Positions 48,581-58,600 of a DNA stretch of 64,000 bases are shown one piece after another. The notes under the pieces are model-generated. The model was given only the letters and a program-made list of their open reading frames with translations. It ran no database searches and had not been told where the DNA came from. The DNA is from Armatimonadota bacterium. GTDB lineage: Bacteria; Armatimonadota; Fimbriimonadia; Fimbriimonadales; Fimbriimonadaceae. Where the stretch lies: assembly GCA_031400935.1 (NCBI GenBank), contig JANNQV010000062.1, positions 1-64,000 of the forward strand, written 5' to 3'. The position numbers were made by a program, and so were the translations under genes. How positions within the stretch are numbered: the first letter of the stretch is position 1; the number at the start of each line of letters is the position of its first letter.

Positions 48581-49749
48581 AGCCAGCAATTCGGATTTAC
48601 CTGAAAGAACTTCTCGAGCTTAGAAGAGACAAGCGAACGTTTTATTCAGCCATCTTCGGTCCGATTTTTCTGGTTTACCTTCTCCTTGGTTCAATGTCTT
48701 TTGTTGAAAAATCGTTCAAGGAACCAAAATCTCAGAAATTGCATGTCGTGAAATCACATCTTGGAGCCCAATATGTTACGCAGTGGAAAGGGCAAAAGCA
48801 GCTTGATATCATCGAAATTGAATCAGATACTGCCGGAAGAAAATTGATTGAAGATGGAAAGGCTCGAGTCGTTTTGAGTTTCGAGAAAGAATCAGATTCA
48901 GCACCTTTAGTGATGCGAGCGGTCTATGACGAAGAAGACTTGAAATCAAAGGTCCTTGTCGGTGAATTAGAAGGCAAAGTTCGCATAGATATTTCAATTC
49001 TAGTTGGTCAGTTGTTGGATCAAGCTGGGATCTCGGAAGTGCAGCGTGAACCAGTTCGATTCAAGCGCGATCCTCTGCCCAAGAAGGAGGAAAGCGCTGG
49101 ATCAGCCGTGGCAGGCTTTCTCCCATATTTGATTGTTATTTGGGCATTTTATGGAGGATTCGGGCTTGCGAGCGAATCGGTTGCAGCTGAAAAGGAAAAG
49201 AACACTCTGGAGACTCTGCTCATTGCGCCTATTTCTAGAAAGCAAATTGCCTTCGGAAAGTTCTTGTCGTTGCTAACAGTTTCGCTTATGGGCTGTCTGG
49301 TTTCTGTCGCAACTATGCTGATTCTAGGCCCAAGAATGGGTGGCACTACGCTTTTTCCAAGTGGCTTTGGATTGACTTTGCCGCTTTTAGCGGCGATTTT
49401 GGGAGTCGTGCTTCCTCTTTGCGCGATGTTTGCGGGATTGCTTTTGGCAATTTCGGCCTTCTCAAAAAACACACGCGAATGTCAAACGTACTTGACGTTT
49501 GTCAGCTTCATCGTGCTCATTCCAGCGGTGTTCAGCCAGTTCATCGGGTTTACGGATTTTGCGAGGGCGCAATGGGTGGCCTTTGTTCCTGTTCTGAATT
49601 CTGCGACAATTCTCAGGCAAGCACTATTAGGTCAGATTGACGGAACAATGGCGTTGATTACAGTCAGTTTAAGTTGCTTCTTAGCCGCTGTTTCGATTTA
49701 TTTTGCGATGCGAATGTTTTTGAAGGAATCCATACTTTCGAAGTCCTGA
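48577..49749 (+). CDS. ABC-2 type permease (NatB-like)
   Basis: KELLELRRDKRT and EKEKNTLETLLIAP...GK motifs; multiple TM helices. Confidence 0.9.
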   Translation: MKPAIRIYLKELLELRRDKRTFYSAIFGPIFLVYLLLGSMSFVEKSFKEPKSQKLHVVKSHLGAQYVTQWKGQKQLDIIEIESDTAGRKLIEDGKARVVLSFEKESDSAPLVMRAVYDEEDLKSKVLVGELEGKVRIDISILVGQLLDQAGISEVQREPVRFKRDPLPKKEESAGSAVAGFLPYLIVIWAFYGGFGLASESVAAEKEKNTLETLLIAPISRKQIAFGKFLSLLTVSLMGCLVSVATMLILGPRMGGTTLFPSGFGLTLPLLAAILGVVLPLCAMFAGLLLAISAFSKNTRECQTYLTFVSFIVLIPAVFSQFIGFTDFARAQWVAFVPVLNSATILRQALLGQIDGTMALITVSLSCFLAAVSIYFAMRMFLKESILSKS

Positions 49750-49752
49750 AGG

Positions 49753-50415
49753 TTATTGGTTTTTGGTTATTGGTTGTTGGTTCTTCTGAATCTCCACCCA
49801 ACTCTTCCAACCGACAAACGACATAACTAACAGTATTATTGAAAACAATACGAACAGCAAGTTTCCCTTGTAGATGTACAAAACGGTGTATAACGAATTG
49901 ACAAACACCCATCCGATCCAATTCTCAATGAACTTTCGACTTAATAAGTATTGAGCTCCAAGGCTCGAAGCAAATCCGAACCCGTCGAAAATGGGTGAAT
50001 AGCCTCCAATCTCTGTAAGAACGTAGTCGGCTATGGCCCAAAGCACGAGCGAGACGCCGATCACAACGGCAAGTTCATTTCGTTTCACGTTCTGAATTGG
50101 CCGCTCATCGTCGCCATTTCCGCGGCGCCATTGCCACCACCCATAGGCCATCAGGAAAAAGTAGAGAACATAAAGTGCTGAGTCAGCAAAGAACTCTTGG
50201 TTGAAAAGGGAAATCGAAAACAGCGAAGCGTTTACGAGTCCTAACGGAAAGTTCCACAGACTTGCCTTCGCCGATAGCCAGACCCAAACAATCCCAGAAA
50301 CCAAAACGCAGGCATCAAGAGTGCTTGATTGTTTCGTAATGACAGCCCAAATGGAAACACCGATTGCTGCCAAAACGGAAACCGCGGGCACAAACCAACG
50401 CTTCCACCGATCCAT
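49753..50415 (-). CDS. pnuC: Nicotinamide riboside transporter PnuC family
   Basis: WNFPLG, YGWWQW and AQYLLSRKFIENW motifs. Substrate not certain. Confidence 0.88.
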   Translation of the reverse strand: MDRWKRWFVPAVSVLAAIGVSIWAVITKQSSTLDACVLVSGIVWVWLSAKASLWNFPLGLVNASLFSISLFNQEFFADSALYVLYFFLMAYGWWQWRRGNGDDERPIQNVKRNELAVVIGVSLVLWAIADYVLTEIGGYSPIFDGFGFASSLGAQYLLSRKFIENWIGWVFVNSLYTVLYIYKGNLLFVLFSIILLVMSFVGWKSWVEIQKNQQPITKNQ

Positions 50416-50438
50416 TTTCTTAGCGTACCGAAGTTGAA

Positions 50439-51320
50439 ATGGCGCAATTGAACGCCTGTGACGTACAAAGCATCAAAAACGATTCACAGTTTATGAATTT
50501 TCCTCGCAAAGGTGTTGGCATGTCAGGTAAATTTGGAGCTTCTTCAATGGTTTCAATACTTGCCTACACAACGATTTTTCTGATGCCCTCTCCGATCAAC
50601 GTTGATTGGGCAATTCCGGCTAGATACAAGCGAACCACAGTGCTAAATCGAGCAAAGGCATTTTCTGCTAAGACAATAGCGTTGACGTTCGATGACGGCC
50701 CAGATCCAAAAGTCACTCCACTAATCCTCGATATCTTGAAAAAGAACAATGTCAAAGCGACATTTTTTGTTCTAGGCAAGGCGGCTAAGCGACATCCGAT
50801 GTTGCTCAGGAGAATTGCGGCTGAAGGTCATGCTATCGGAAATCACTCTTGGACTCATGGAAAAGTTAAGACAAAGGACCAAGCAGTTTGGGAACTGATT
50901 CGAACGAATCAAGCCGTAACTTTTGCGACCGGGAATTGTCCGACTGTGTTTCGCCCGCCATACGGAATTCAAGACGGTGAATACGCCGCCCAAGCCAAAG
51001 CTATGGGAATGGCCAGCGTCCTTTGGACAGCGATTGATGGCGATACTGTCACAAAGAGTCCTGAAAAAATGCTTGCTTATGTTGGAACTCCCAAGAGCGG
51101 AGAAATAATTTTATGCCACGACGGCCCCGGTAAGTCGGCTACGCCCCCGATGGTCTCTCTTTTGGTCGCCAAACTCAAAAAGAAGGGCTATGAATTTGCA
51201 ACGGTTCCCGAGCTGTTGGGAACTTGGGATAAGCACCTTGCATTACTGGAACAAAACGAAAGAGTCGTTCTCAAACAGCCATCTAGGCTAATTGCAATGC
51301 AAAGGTCCGAGTCGAAGTGA
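50439..51320 (+). CDS. Polysaccharide deacetylase (NodB/CE4); true start probably further downstream
   Basis: LTFDDGP, GNHSWTH, FRPPYG and ILCHD motifs. Confidence 0.92.
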   Translation: MAQLNACDVQSIKNDSQFMNFPRKGVGMSGKFGASSMVSILAYTTIFLMPSPINVDWAIPARYKRTTVLNRAKAFSAKTIALTFDDGPDPKVTPLILDILKKNNVKATFFVLGKAAKRHPMLLRRIAAEGHAIGNHSWTHGKVKTKDQAVWELIRTNQAVTFATGNCPTVFRPPYGIQDGEYAAQAKAMGMASVLWTAIDGDTVTKSPEKMLAYVGTPKSGEIILCHDGPGKSATPPMVSLLVAKLKKKGYEFATVPELLGTWDKHLALLEQNERVVLKQPSRLIAMQRSESK

Positions 51321-51326
51321 AATGGA

Positions 51327-51443
51327 AGGGGTATGGGGTTCTCGCTTCAAGTCCGCGATTTTCCAATGACCAATAATTAACAACTAGTTACAAATTACAA
51401 ATTGTTGGAGTTCTTTACCCCATACCCTATACCCCATACCCTA
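51327..51443. repeat. Inverted GGGGTAT / ATACCCC heptamer arrays enclosing a CCAATNA/CAAATTA array
   Basis: GGGGTATGGGGTT; then CCAATGA CCAATAA ... CAAATTA CAAATTG; then TACCCCA TACCCTA TACCCCA TACCCTA. Confidence 0.8.
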
Positions 51444-51935
51444 CTTATCAAACCAATGCATTTCGCCATCGCCGCTCAGCGATTGGATGAAGTTCAACTG
51501 GCCATCGTGATAGAGAATGTGATTAGCGCAAAGATTTGCGAGTTCCCATTTAGACATGTCTTGCCCCCATGGCATCGTAACCACTTCTGCCATAGATTCG
51601 TCGCTCGCAGATTCGATAGCGCTAGCGAGCTCTTCAGCACTGCTCGAAAGCATATTGACGCACACATCCTTGGTTGAAAATAGAGCGGTGAAAGCAGCCC
51701 GATCTTCGTCGGTTCGCTCTGGAACTTCCTCTCCGCGAAGCCTCTTCGCGGTCATCAAATTGAATCCAGCGACTTCAGCTGTAAAGTCGTTTGCCGTACG
51801 AGCAGCGCCTCCGGCAGAATTCAATATTGCTGACTCGTCGAGTGCCTTCAGGTCGGCAACATACATTCCCGCAAGCTGGCGAGTCCATTTGGCCAATTCG
51901 GCCTTAGCATCAATTCTTGTGATAGTGTCTGACAT
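51441..51935 (-). CDS. DinB family protein
   Basis: MPWG and HILYHDGQLNFIQ motifs; GGGAGG RBS; paralog of 57983-58474. Confidence 0.88.
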   Translation of the reverse strand: MSDTITRIDAKAELAKWTRQLAGMYVADLKALDESAILNSAGGAARTANDFTAEVAGFNLMTAKRLRGEEVPERTDEDRAAFTALFSTKDVCVNMLSSSAEELASAIESASDESMAEVVTMPWGQDMSKWELANLCANHILYHDGQLNFIQSLSGDGEMHWFDK

Positions 51936-52060
51936 ATTCGTCCTCCCATGAGCGCAAACTTGCGCCCGAACCTATTCTAAGGAAAGCGGGATGTATAGAG
52001 TTCCCGCCGAACCGATATTCGTCTAGGTAAACTCAATTTTCGTCATTTGAGGAGCTATTT

Positions 52061-52432
52061 TTGAACATTCCATCTGAACTTCTTTACACAAAGTCCCATG
52101 AATGGGTTCGCGTTGAAGGCGACGTCGCCACCATCGGAATCACTGACTTTGCACAGTCTGAGCTTGGAGATATCGTTTATGTTGATTTGCCGAATGCAGG
52201 CCGAGCCGTTTCCAACGGAGAAATTATTGGTTCAGTTGAAAGCGTAAAGACGGTTTCCGACATTTATAGTCCAATAGCTGGCGAAGTTCTAGAAGGCAAT
52301 CCAGCATTAGGTTCGCAAAGCGAGCTGGTTAACTCCGATCCGTTTGGAGCAGGTTGGATGCTAAAAATTCGACTGTCTGGTGGAACTGACCACCTTTTGA
52401 GCGCAGAAGCGTATCAATCCTCCTTCGCATAA
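52061..52432 (+). CDS. gcvH: Glycine cleavage system H protein
   Basis: YTKSHEW, GITDFAQSELGD and VESVK (lipoyl lysine) motifs. Confidence 0.96.
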   Translation: MNIPSELLYTKSHEWVRVEGDVATIGITDFAQSELGDIVYVDLPNAGRAVSNGEIIGSVESVKTVSDIYSPIAGEVLEGNPALGSQSELVNSDPFGAGWMLKIRLSGGTDHLLSAEAYQSSFA

Positions 52433-52442
52433 GAAACACAAA

Positions 52443-53786
52443 ATGCCCTATATTCCGCATACCAAAGAAGACATTGATGAGATGCTCGCCGAGATCGGCG
52501 CTCCATCAATTGATGCGCTATTTGAAGACATCCCGAACAACCTGAAAATTAAGGGCGACTTAAATGTTCCGAATTCGTTTGACGAACATAGGCTTCTTGG
52601 TCACATGTTCGAGATTTCCCGCAAAAACAAAAATGTCCTCACCGATCTCGTGTGCTTTTTAGGGGCAGGGATGTACGACCGGTACATTCCTTCATCAATA
52701 GGCGCTCTGATTTCGCGTGGAGAGTTCCTAACAGCTTATACTCCATACCAGCCGGAATTCAGCCAAGGCTATTTGCAAACGATATACGAATTCCAAACCA
52801 TGATCGCCGAGCTCTATGGAATGGATTTGGCGAACGCTTCGATGTACGACGGTGCTACGGCTACTGCAGAGGCGGCGATCTTGTCTTATGGCGTGAACGG
52901 AAGGACCGAAGTGGCCGTTTCTGAAGCTGTTCACCCACATTACCGCCAAGTATTGGAAACGTACGCATGGGCGATTGGCATAAGCGTTAAGACAGTTCCA
53001 GCTTCCTCAGGAAGTTCGAATTGGTCAGGGCAGGTCAATGATCAAACGAGTTGTCTGATCGTTCAATCGCCAAACTTTTTTGGAGTAATCGAAGACCTCG
53101 CCGAGGCTCGGAGAATCGCGGATTCTGTTGATGCGCTATTGGTTGTCGTTGCGGATCCGGTTGCGTGTGCTATTCTGCCTCCTCCTGGTTCGTTTGGAGC
53201 TGATATTGTGGTTGGCGAGGGCCAGCCGATGGGAATTGCTTTGGGGTTTGGCGGCCCTGCAGTTGGACTTTTTGCCTGCAAAGAGCAGTTTGTGCGTCGA
53301 ATACCTGGTCGAATAGTTGGCAAAACTCAAGACGGAAAGGGAAACCCTGGCTATGTGATGACGCTGCGAACCCGCGAGCAAGACATCCGCCGTGAGAAGG
53401 CGACTTCAAATATCTGCACGAATGAAGCTCTGATGGCGCTCTCAGCAACGATCTACATGTCAGCGCTTGGCAAAAATGGGATGCAATCGGTTGCTGAGTC
53501 AACTGTCCGAAATACTCAATATGCAATTGAGAGATTATCGTCGGTTGGAGCAAAGCTGAAGTTTGCAGGGAAGGTATTTGGAGAGTTCGTTGTCGAATTG
53601 CCCAAAAATGCAGCTGAAGTTCAAACAAAACTGATAGACGAAGGCATTTTGGCAGGTCTTCCGCTAGGCGAATTCTATGCTGGAATGGACAATTGCCTGC
53701 TGGTTGCGGTAACCGAAACGCGAAGTAAAGCCCAGATTGATGACTTTGCTGAGAAATTAGGGCGAATTTTTCCAAAAAACCCCTAG
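52443..53786 (+). CDS. gcvPA: Glycine dehydrogenase subunit 1
   Basis: YTPYQPEFSQG, NASMYDG and REQDIRREKATSNICTN motifs. Confidence 0.96.
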   Translation: MPYIPHTKEDIDEMLAEIGAPSIDALFEDIPNNLKIKGDLNVPNSFDEHRLLGHMFEISRKNKNVLTDLVCFLGAGMYDRYIPSSIGALISRGEFLTAYTPYQPEFSQGYLQTIYEFQTMIAELYGMDLANASMYDGATATAEAAILSYGVNGRTEVAVSEAVHPHYRQVLETYAWAIGISVKTVPASSGSSNWSGQVNDQTSCLIVQSPNFFGVIEDLAEARRIADSVDALLVVVADPVACAILPPPGSFGADIVVGEGQPMGIALGFGGPAVGLFACKEQFVRRIPGRIVGKTQDGKGNPGYVMTLRTREQDIRREKATSNICTNEALMALSATIYMSALGKNGMQSVAESTVRNTQYAIERLSSVGAKLKFAGKVFGEFVVELPKNAAEVQTKLIDEGILAGLPLGEFYAGMDNCLLVAVTETRSKAQIDDFAEKLGRIFPKNP

Positions 53787-53871
53787 TTTTCCATAACTCA
53801 AAGTGCTACAATAATTTTCCGAGGCGAGCAAATTGTGTTTCCTCGGGTTTTTTATTAAGGATCAGGTAACC

Positions 53872-55122
53872 GTGAGCAATAGCGCAAATATCAAAGTAAT
53901 CGGAGTTGGCGGCGGCGGCAGCAATGCTGTGAATCGCATGATCGAAGCAGGAATTCATGGCGTTGAGTTTATCGCAATGAATACTGACATTCAGGTGCTT
54001 GACCTGAGCGATGCCGCCAAAAAAGTCCAGCTTGGCATCAATTTGACTCGTGGGCTTGGTGCCGGAGGGAATCCAGAAATTGGAAAATCTGCCGCAGAAG
54101 AAAGCAAGAACGAGATTCGCAAAGCTCTCGAAGATGCCGATATGGTCTTTATCACGGCTGGAATGGGCGGCGGAACTGGTACGGGCGCAGCGGCGGTTGT
54201 TGCCGATCTAGCTCGTGAAATGGGCGCATTGACCGTAGCTGTTGTCACCAAGCCGTTTGGTTTTGAAGGCCCGCGAAGGCAGAGATTAGCGGAGCAGGGA
54301 ATTACGTCTCTGATAGGGCGAGTAGACACGATTATCACCATTCCCAATGATCGTCTAATTTCCGTAGTCGAGCGAAGAACGACACTAAAAGACGCTTTTC
54401 GAGTTGCCGATGACATTCTTCGGCAAGGCGTTCAAGGAATTTCTGACATTATCACGATTCCTGGAAATATCAATGTTGATTTTGCAGACGTTCGCGCCGT
54501 TATGTGCGATGCGGGACCGGCTCTTATGGGCATTGGGTACGGCGTAGGCGACCAACGAGCGCTCCAAGCCGCTCAATCAGCCACCAATAGCGCATTGCTC
54601 GAACAAACGATTCATGGAGCAAAGGGGCTTCTCGTCAACATCTCCAGTTCAGAAGACTTGACGCTTGCCGAATGCAGCGAGGCAATGAATTACATTCATG
54701 CTCTGTGTGATGCAAACGATGCAAACATTTTCTTTGGAACCGTCGTTGATCCTGCAATGGACGGCTCAGTTCGAATAACTGTTCTCGCAACTGGATTCAA
54801 TCCTTACACCAGCGAAGGCAGATTAGCGGCTTCGGCAACTTATGCAGGCGATTCGACACATCGGCATCCTGCACATGTAGCTGCTGCGGTGAACCCAACT
54901 GTGACTGCTGCAGTTCCTGTGGTTTCTTCAGTACCAGAGCCAGCATGGACCCCAGGAATGAAGCCAAACAGCATTCCTATTCCTCCAGTTCCAAATCGCG
55001 ACGAAGTACTTTCTGAAAATGTAAGGGCTAGGTCTACGAGTTCAACAATGGACGCCGCCGCGATCTTTGACGAGGACGATTTAGAGATTCCTACGTTTTT
55101 GAGAGAGAATAAGAGTCGGTAA
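53872..55122 (+). CDS. ftsZ: Cell division protein FtsZ
   Basis: [31 protein letters not shown] and C-terminal LEIPTFLR motifs. Confidence 0.98.
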   Translation: MSNSANIKVIGVGGGGSNAVNRMIEAGIHGVEFIAMNTDIQVLDLSDAAKKVQLGINLTRGLGAGGNPEIGKSAAEESKNEIRKALEDADMVFITAGMGGGTGTGAAAVVADLAREMGALTVAVVTKPFGFEGPRRQRLAEQGITSLIGRVDTIITIPNDRLISVVERRTTLKDAFRVADDILRQGVQGISDIITIPGNINVDFADVRAVMCDAGPALMGIGYGVGDQRALQAAQSATNSALLEQTIHGAKGLLVNISSSEDLTLAECSEAMNYIHALCDANDANIFFGTVVDPAMDGSVRITVLATGFNPYTSEGRLAASATYAGDSTHRHPAHVAAAVNPTVTAAVPVVSSVPEPAWTPGMKPNSIPIPPVPNRDEVLSENVRARSTSSTMDAAAIFDEDDLEIPTFLRENKSR

Positions 55123-55188
55123 ATTTTCGTGACCTTTGACTGCGTTTGCAATTAGGTTACGAGGATTGAAACTGTTATAATGTGATGT

Positions 55189-55710
55189 ATGGCCGAGTGG
55201 CTTAAAAAGGAGGAATTCCGTCGGGAATTGCTTTTCGCAAGGCCGCAATGGGGTCGGTACATGGTCAATAGTGCGACCGAACCGAGCCTCGTTATTAGCA
55301 TTCCGTCTGTAAATCCATCAGTTGAACATCCGCTTGAAGTCTACTGCTATCAAAGCGACATTCCAGACGTAGAACCAAACGTTGAGGTGGTTTGGTGGCA
55401 TCAAGACTTTGATTTCTTCAAATTCAACTTTGAAAGCATTGCGGATTTAGTAATAGCGGTCCTGGCCGCAATTGATGCGTGGATGAAAGAAGAAGTTGTT
55501 TTCTGCTTGATCCTAAGAGGAGATCAGCCGTTAAGAGGCTGGTGTGGCGTGGCGGAATACTCATTTGATTCGGATTTAGATCCCTGGTGGGAAGGACATA
55601 GAGAAGTACATGCGGATGAGAGGATCGTTGTCCGGTCATGGTTAGGAACATTCGATGTTGAACTCGAAGGTCCAGTAACTTCAACTTTCAATTCATTTCA
55701 AAAGTGTTAA
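55189..55710 (+). CDS. Hypothetical acidic protein
   Basis: 173-aa ORF; TATAAT lies 7 nt before the ATG. Confidence 0.65.
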   Translation: MAEWLKKEEFRRELLFARPQWGRYMVNSATEPSLVISIPSVNPSVEHPLEVYCYQSDIPDVEPNVEVVWWHQDFDFFKFNFESIADLVIAVLAAIDAWMKEEVVFCLILRGDQPLRGWCGVAEYSFDSDLDPWWEGHREVHADERIVVRSWLGTFDVELEGPVTSTFNSFQKC

Positions 55711-55790
55711 CGGGTTGTTTTTTTCGTTTTGAATACTATTTCGTGCAACAATTCGTAAGATTGCATAGATAGCCAAGGAATTGTAAATAA

Positions 55791-56495
55791 TTGGACCACT
55801 TCACCCGAAACTTCACACGCAGAAACTTCTTAAGAGGGCTCACACTAGGAACCCTGAGCATGCCTATGCTCAAAGCATTCTCTGAAGAGAGCTTGAGGTT
55901 CCTTGAAAGCGGTGCCTACAGCGATGAACTTGTAAAGACCCCATCCTTCACTGAAGGGCCGTTCTATCCCGACAAATTGCCTCTCGATGTTGACAACGAT
56001 TTGTTGATCATCGGCGACGGGAAGCAGGCGCTTGGCGAAGTGACCCACCTTGGTGGCAAGATTCTCAATGAAAAGGGCGAGCCGATTTCAGGAGCCACGA
56101 TTGAGATTTGGCAGGTAGATCAGAACGGAGCCTACTTGCATTCTGGAACAGACAATTCTGAAAAGCGCGATACAAATTTCCAAGGATTTGGAAGATTTGA
56201 AACAGGTTCGGATGGCGCTTACCGATTCCGAACGATCAAGCCGGTGCCGTATCCTGGCAGAGTGCCGCACATCCATGTGAAAATTAAGAAGGGCGACAAG
56301 GAACTGTTAACCACGCAATGCTTTGTGAAGGGAATCTCGCAAAACGAAAGAGACGGTGTTTTGCGAAGCGTGCGAGACATAGTTGCCAGGGAGTCGGTAA
56401 TCGTGCCCTTTGAGCCGTTGAAGGACTCGATGATTGGGGAGCTGATTGCAAAGTTTGATATCGTCTTGGGCGTGACACCGGCTCATTTGCATTAG
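55791..56495 (+). CDS. Intradiol ring-cleavage dioxygenase-like protein with Tat signal
   Basis: TRRNFL; TEGPFYP, EIWQ...GAY and PYPGRVPHIH motifs. Confidence 0.9.
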   Translation: MDHFTRNFTRRNFLRGLTLGTLSMPMLKAFSEESLRFLESGAYSDELVKTPSFTEGPFYPDKLPLDVDNDLLIIGDGKQALGEVTHLGGKILNEKGEPISGATIEIWQVDQNGAYLHSGTDNSEKRDTNFQGFGRFETGSDGAYRFRTIKPVPYPGRVPHIHVKIKKGDKELLTTQCFVKGISQNERDGVLRSVRDIVARESVIVPFEPLKDSMIGELIAKFDIVLGVTPAHLH

Positions 56496-56560
56496 CTCAA
56501 TCATCCCTTCAATTATGGAATCGTGTTTCTCAATGCCGTCCTTGTCATTTCACAGGTGTT

Positions 56561-57178
56561 TCAAAAATTCACTCTGAATATCTCTGATCTTGGTGGTTTC
56601 CCTGAAATCTGCGTTTGCAGCCGAATTACGAGCCTAGTCGGAGCATAGCCAGCAGGGAACCGAAACTTAACGTTAAGTTTGCGAAATTCGGCCTGAGCAA
56701 GTCCCACCGAATACATTTCGCTTCCAATCAATGTGCCTTCGACGGCATTTCCATTACTGTCGAAAAGCGTGTATTTGGTTACAGTGAAGCCAAAATTGTA
56801 ATCTTTGGTTTGCTTCTCGGCGTTTCGAACCTCGATTTCAAGGACGTTTTCAGCCCCTGCATCGTTGAACGCTGTAGCAACCTTAAGCCTCGAAATCCCA
56901 TTGTCTATGAACGCGCCAGCCATGCCTTCGACTCCATCAGCCTGAAAAGTGCCACCTACGGCTGCGACTTTTGCGATGGCTTTGGCCCTATCAAAGCTAT
57001 AGGATTTTCCGCTCGCTTTTGCAAGATCGTCAAGGCGAACATAAACAACGCCATCCTTTAGCAATCCGCGACTTGAAACAACTTTGCCATCAATGGATAC
57101 TTGAATGGCTTTTTGTCCGGCTGCAATCGCTATAGCAAGAATTGCAATAAAGATTGTGATGACTCCAAAGATTCGCAT
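56561..57178 (-). CDS. Secreted hypothetical protein (copper amine oxidase N-like stalk plus Ig-like domain)
   Basis: Signal peptide; VSIDGK...DGVVYVRLDDLAKA; TATAAT lies 5 nt before the ATG. Confidence 0.75.
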   Translation of the reverse strand: MRIFGVITIFIAILAIAIAAGQKAIQVSIDGKVVSSRGLLKDGVVYVRLDDLAKASGKSYSFDRAKAIAKVAAVGGTFQADGVEGMAGAFIDNGISRLKVATAFNDAGAENVLEIEVRNAEKQTKDYNFGFTVTKYTLFDSNGNAVEGTLIGSEMYSVGLAQAEFRKLNVKFRFPAGYAPTRLVIRLQTQISGKPPRSEIFRVNF

Positions 57179-57383
57179 GATTCATTATAGATTAGGGACG
57201 ATCAGAAATTGAAGTGAGTCATTGCGATCCAGATTCAAGAAGTTTGCTCAGATCTTCTGAAATTCCATCACACTGTTGAGATCGCCCACTCAGTGTGTGA
57301 CTTGGAGTCAAACTGTGCGAAAAGCCGATTTTCGTCGCACAAAATTACGAAGAACTTGCGTCAAATACTTGTAGGAGGAAAAT

Positions 57384-57923
57384 ATGAGGTTTCAAGTGAG
57401 TTTGTGCATGGCTTTAGCGGCTGCTTTTTCATTTGCATTGATAGCCCAAGACGGCTTCCAAAGGGAGCGTGGCGGCAAAAACGATGAAGCTAAGAATGCT
57501 CTTGAAGGGAAAGCTCCACCTAAGCTCGAAATGGCCAATTGGATGAATACTGGCGAAAAAGCACTCAATTGGGAAGGGCTGAAAGGGAGCGTAGTCGTAA
57601 TTGATTTCTGGGCATATTGGTGAGGCCCATGCAAAGCGTCTGTGCCGCATCTCAATGAGATGCACTCACGCTTGAAGGACCAAGGTTTGGTTCTGATTGC
57701 CGTCCACTCCGACCCAAAGTCAGACGAAGGCACGAAAATTGTAAACGAGCTGAAAATGTCATATCCAATTGCCTTTGACCCGGAAGGGAAGTTGATGAAG
57801 CAGTTTGGATGCGATTCATTTCCTGATTATGTGGTGATAGACCGAAAGGGTGTGGTCAGGGCAGTTGATCTAGCAAATAGGGAAGTGGATCGTATGGTTG
57901 AGGCTCTCTTAAAGGAGAAGTGA
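57384..57923 (+). CDS. TlpA/ResA-like thiol-disulfide oxidoreductase; probable selenoprotein (UxxC)
   Basis: ORFs 57384-57623 and 57642-57923 share a frame; the junction reads DFWAYW-TGA-GPCK; AGGAGG RBS and signal peptide. Confidence 0.85.
57621..57669 (+). promoter_or_regulatory. In-frame UGA and candidate bacterial SECIS hairpin
   Basis: GCATCTC-AAT-GAGATGC stem at 57647-57663, about 25 nt 3' of the TGA; GTGAG/CTCAC could close a larger stem. Confidence 0.5.
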
Positions 57924-57938
57924 ATCTTGGTCCTATGA

Positions 57939-57966
57939 GCACCTGGGAATCTAGATTCCCAGGTGC
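57939..57966. terminator. Perfect 28-bp palindrome between convergent genes
   Basis: GCACCTGGGAATCT|AGATTCCCAGGTGC. Confidence 0.65.
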
Positions 57967-57982
57967 CCAGTCAGTTGGACTT

Positions 57983-58474
57983 TTAACCCATCCAATGAAC
58001 TTCGCCATCTCCGGCGAGGGACTGGATGTAATTCAATTGAGCGTCGTGGTACCAGATGTGGCTTGTTGCTGTGGAACCAAGCGCATACAATGTGGTTTCC
58101 TGTCCCCAAGGTGCCATGACAGTCTCTCCAAACTTGCTTGCGGGCAAGTTCTCTATTGCATCAGCCAAAGCAGTGCCAGCGTTAGAAATCAATTCAGTGC
58201 AAGCTTCTTTGGTGCCAAGGCCCGGAATCAGTTCAACATGAGTTGAATAATCTGTTGTTGCGGGAGTTTCGCCTCGAAGCATCGTGGCTACGCAATCAGC
58301 CAGCCAAGCCGCATCGGCAGTGATTCCGGCAACGCTACGAGTCACGCCGCCTTGGCCATTTGTGAAAGACCCTTCCGGCATATATTTGAGGTCATTTACA
58401 AACATTCCAGTATATGCACGAGTCCTTCCTGCAAGCTGTGCAGCATGGTCAAAAGCTGTAATAGTTTCACTCAT
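57983..58474 (-). CDS. DinB family protein
   Basis: AGGAG RBS before MSETIT; APWG and HIWYHDAQLNYIQ motifs. Confidence 0.88.
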   Translation of the reverse strand: MSETITAFDHAAQLAGRTRAYTGMFVNDLKYMPEGSFTNGQGGVTRSVAGITADAAWLADCVATMLRGETPATTDYSTHVELIPGLGTKEACTELISNAGTALADAIENLPASKFGETVMAPWGQETTLYALGSTATSHIWYHDAQLNYIQSLAGDGEVHWMG

Positions 58475-58513
58475 CTTAATATCTCCTAATAAGTATAGAT
58501 TGTACCGGGGGAT

Positions 58514-58592
58514 TGTTGGCAGATTGCGGTTGGCGGTTAGCAGATTGCGAATTGAGTCTCTCAATTGCTTACCGCGTACCGCTCACTGCAAA
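58514..58592. repeat. Inverted degenerate heptamer arrays (GCGGTTN / NTACCGC)
   Basis: GCAGATT GCGGTTG GCGGTTA GCAGATT GCGAATT; then GCTTACC GCGTACC GCTCACT GCAAAC. Confidence 0.7.
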
Positions 58593-58600
58593 CCAAGTCT

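Noticed and set aside
51936..52060. Possible glycine riboswitch before gcvH
   Set aside because: The gap is short, shared with a divergent gene, and lacks the GGAGA...CCGAAG...CTCTCAGG pattern.
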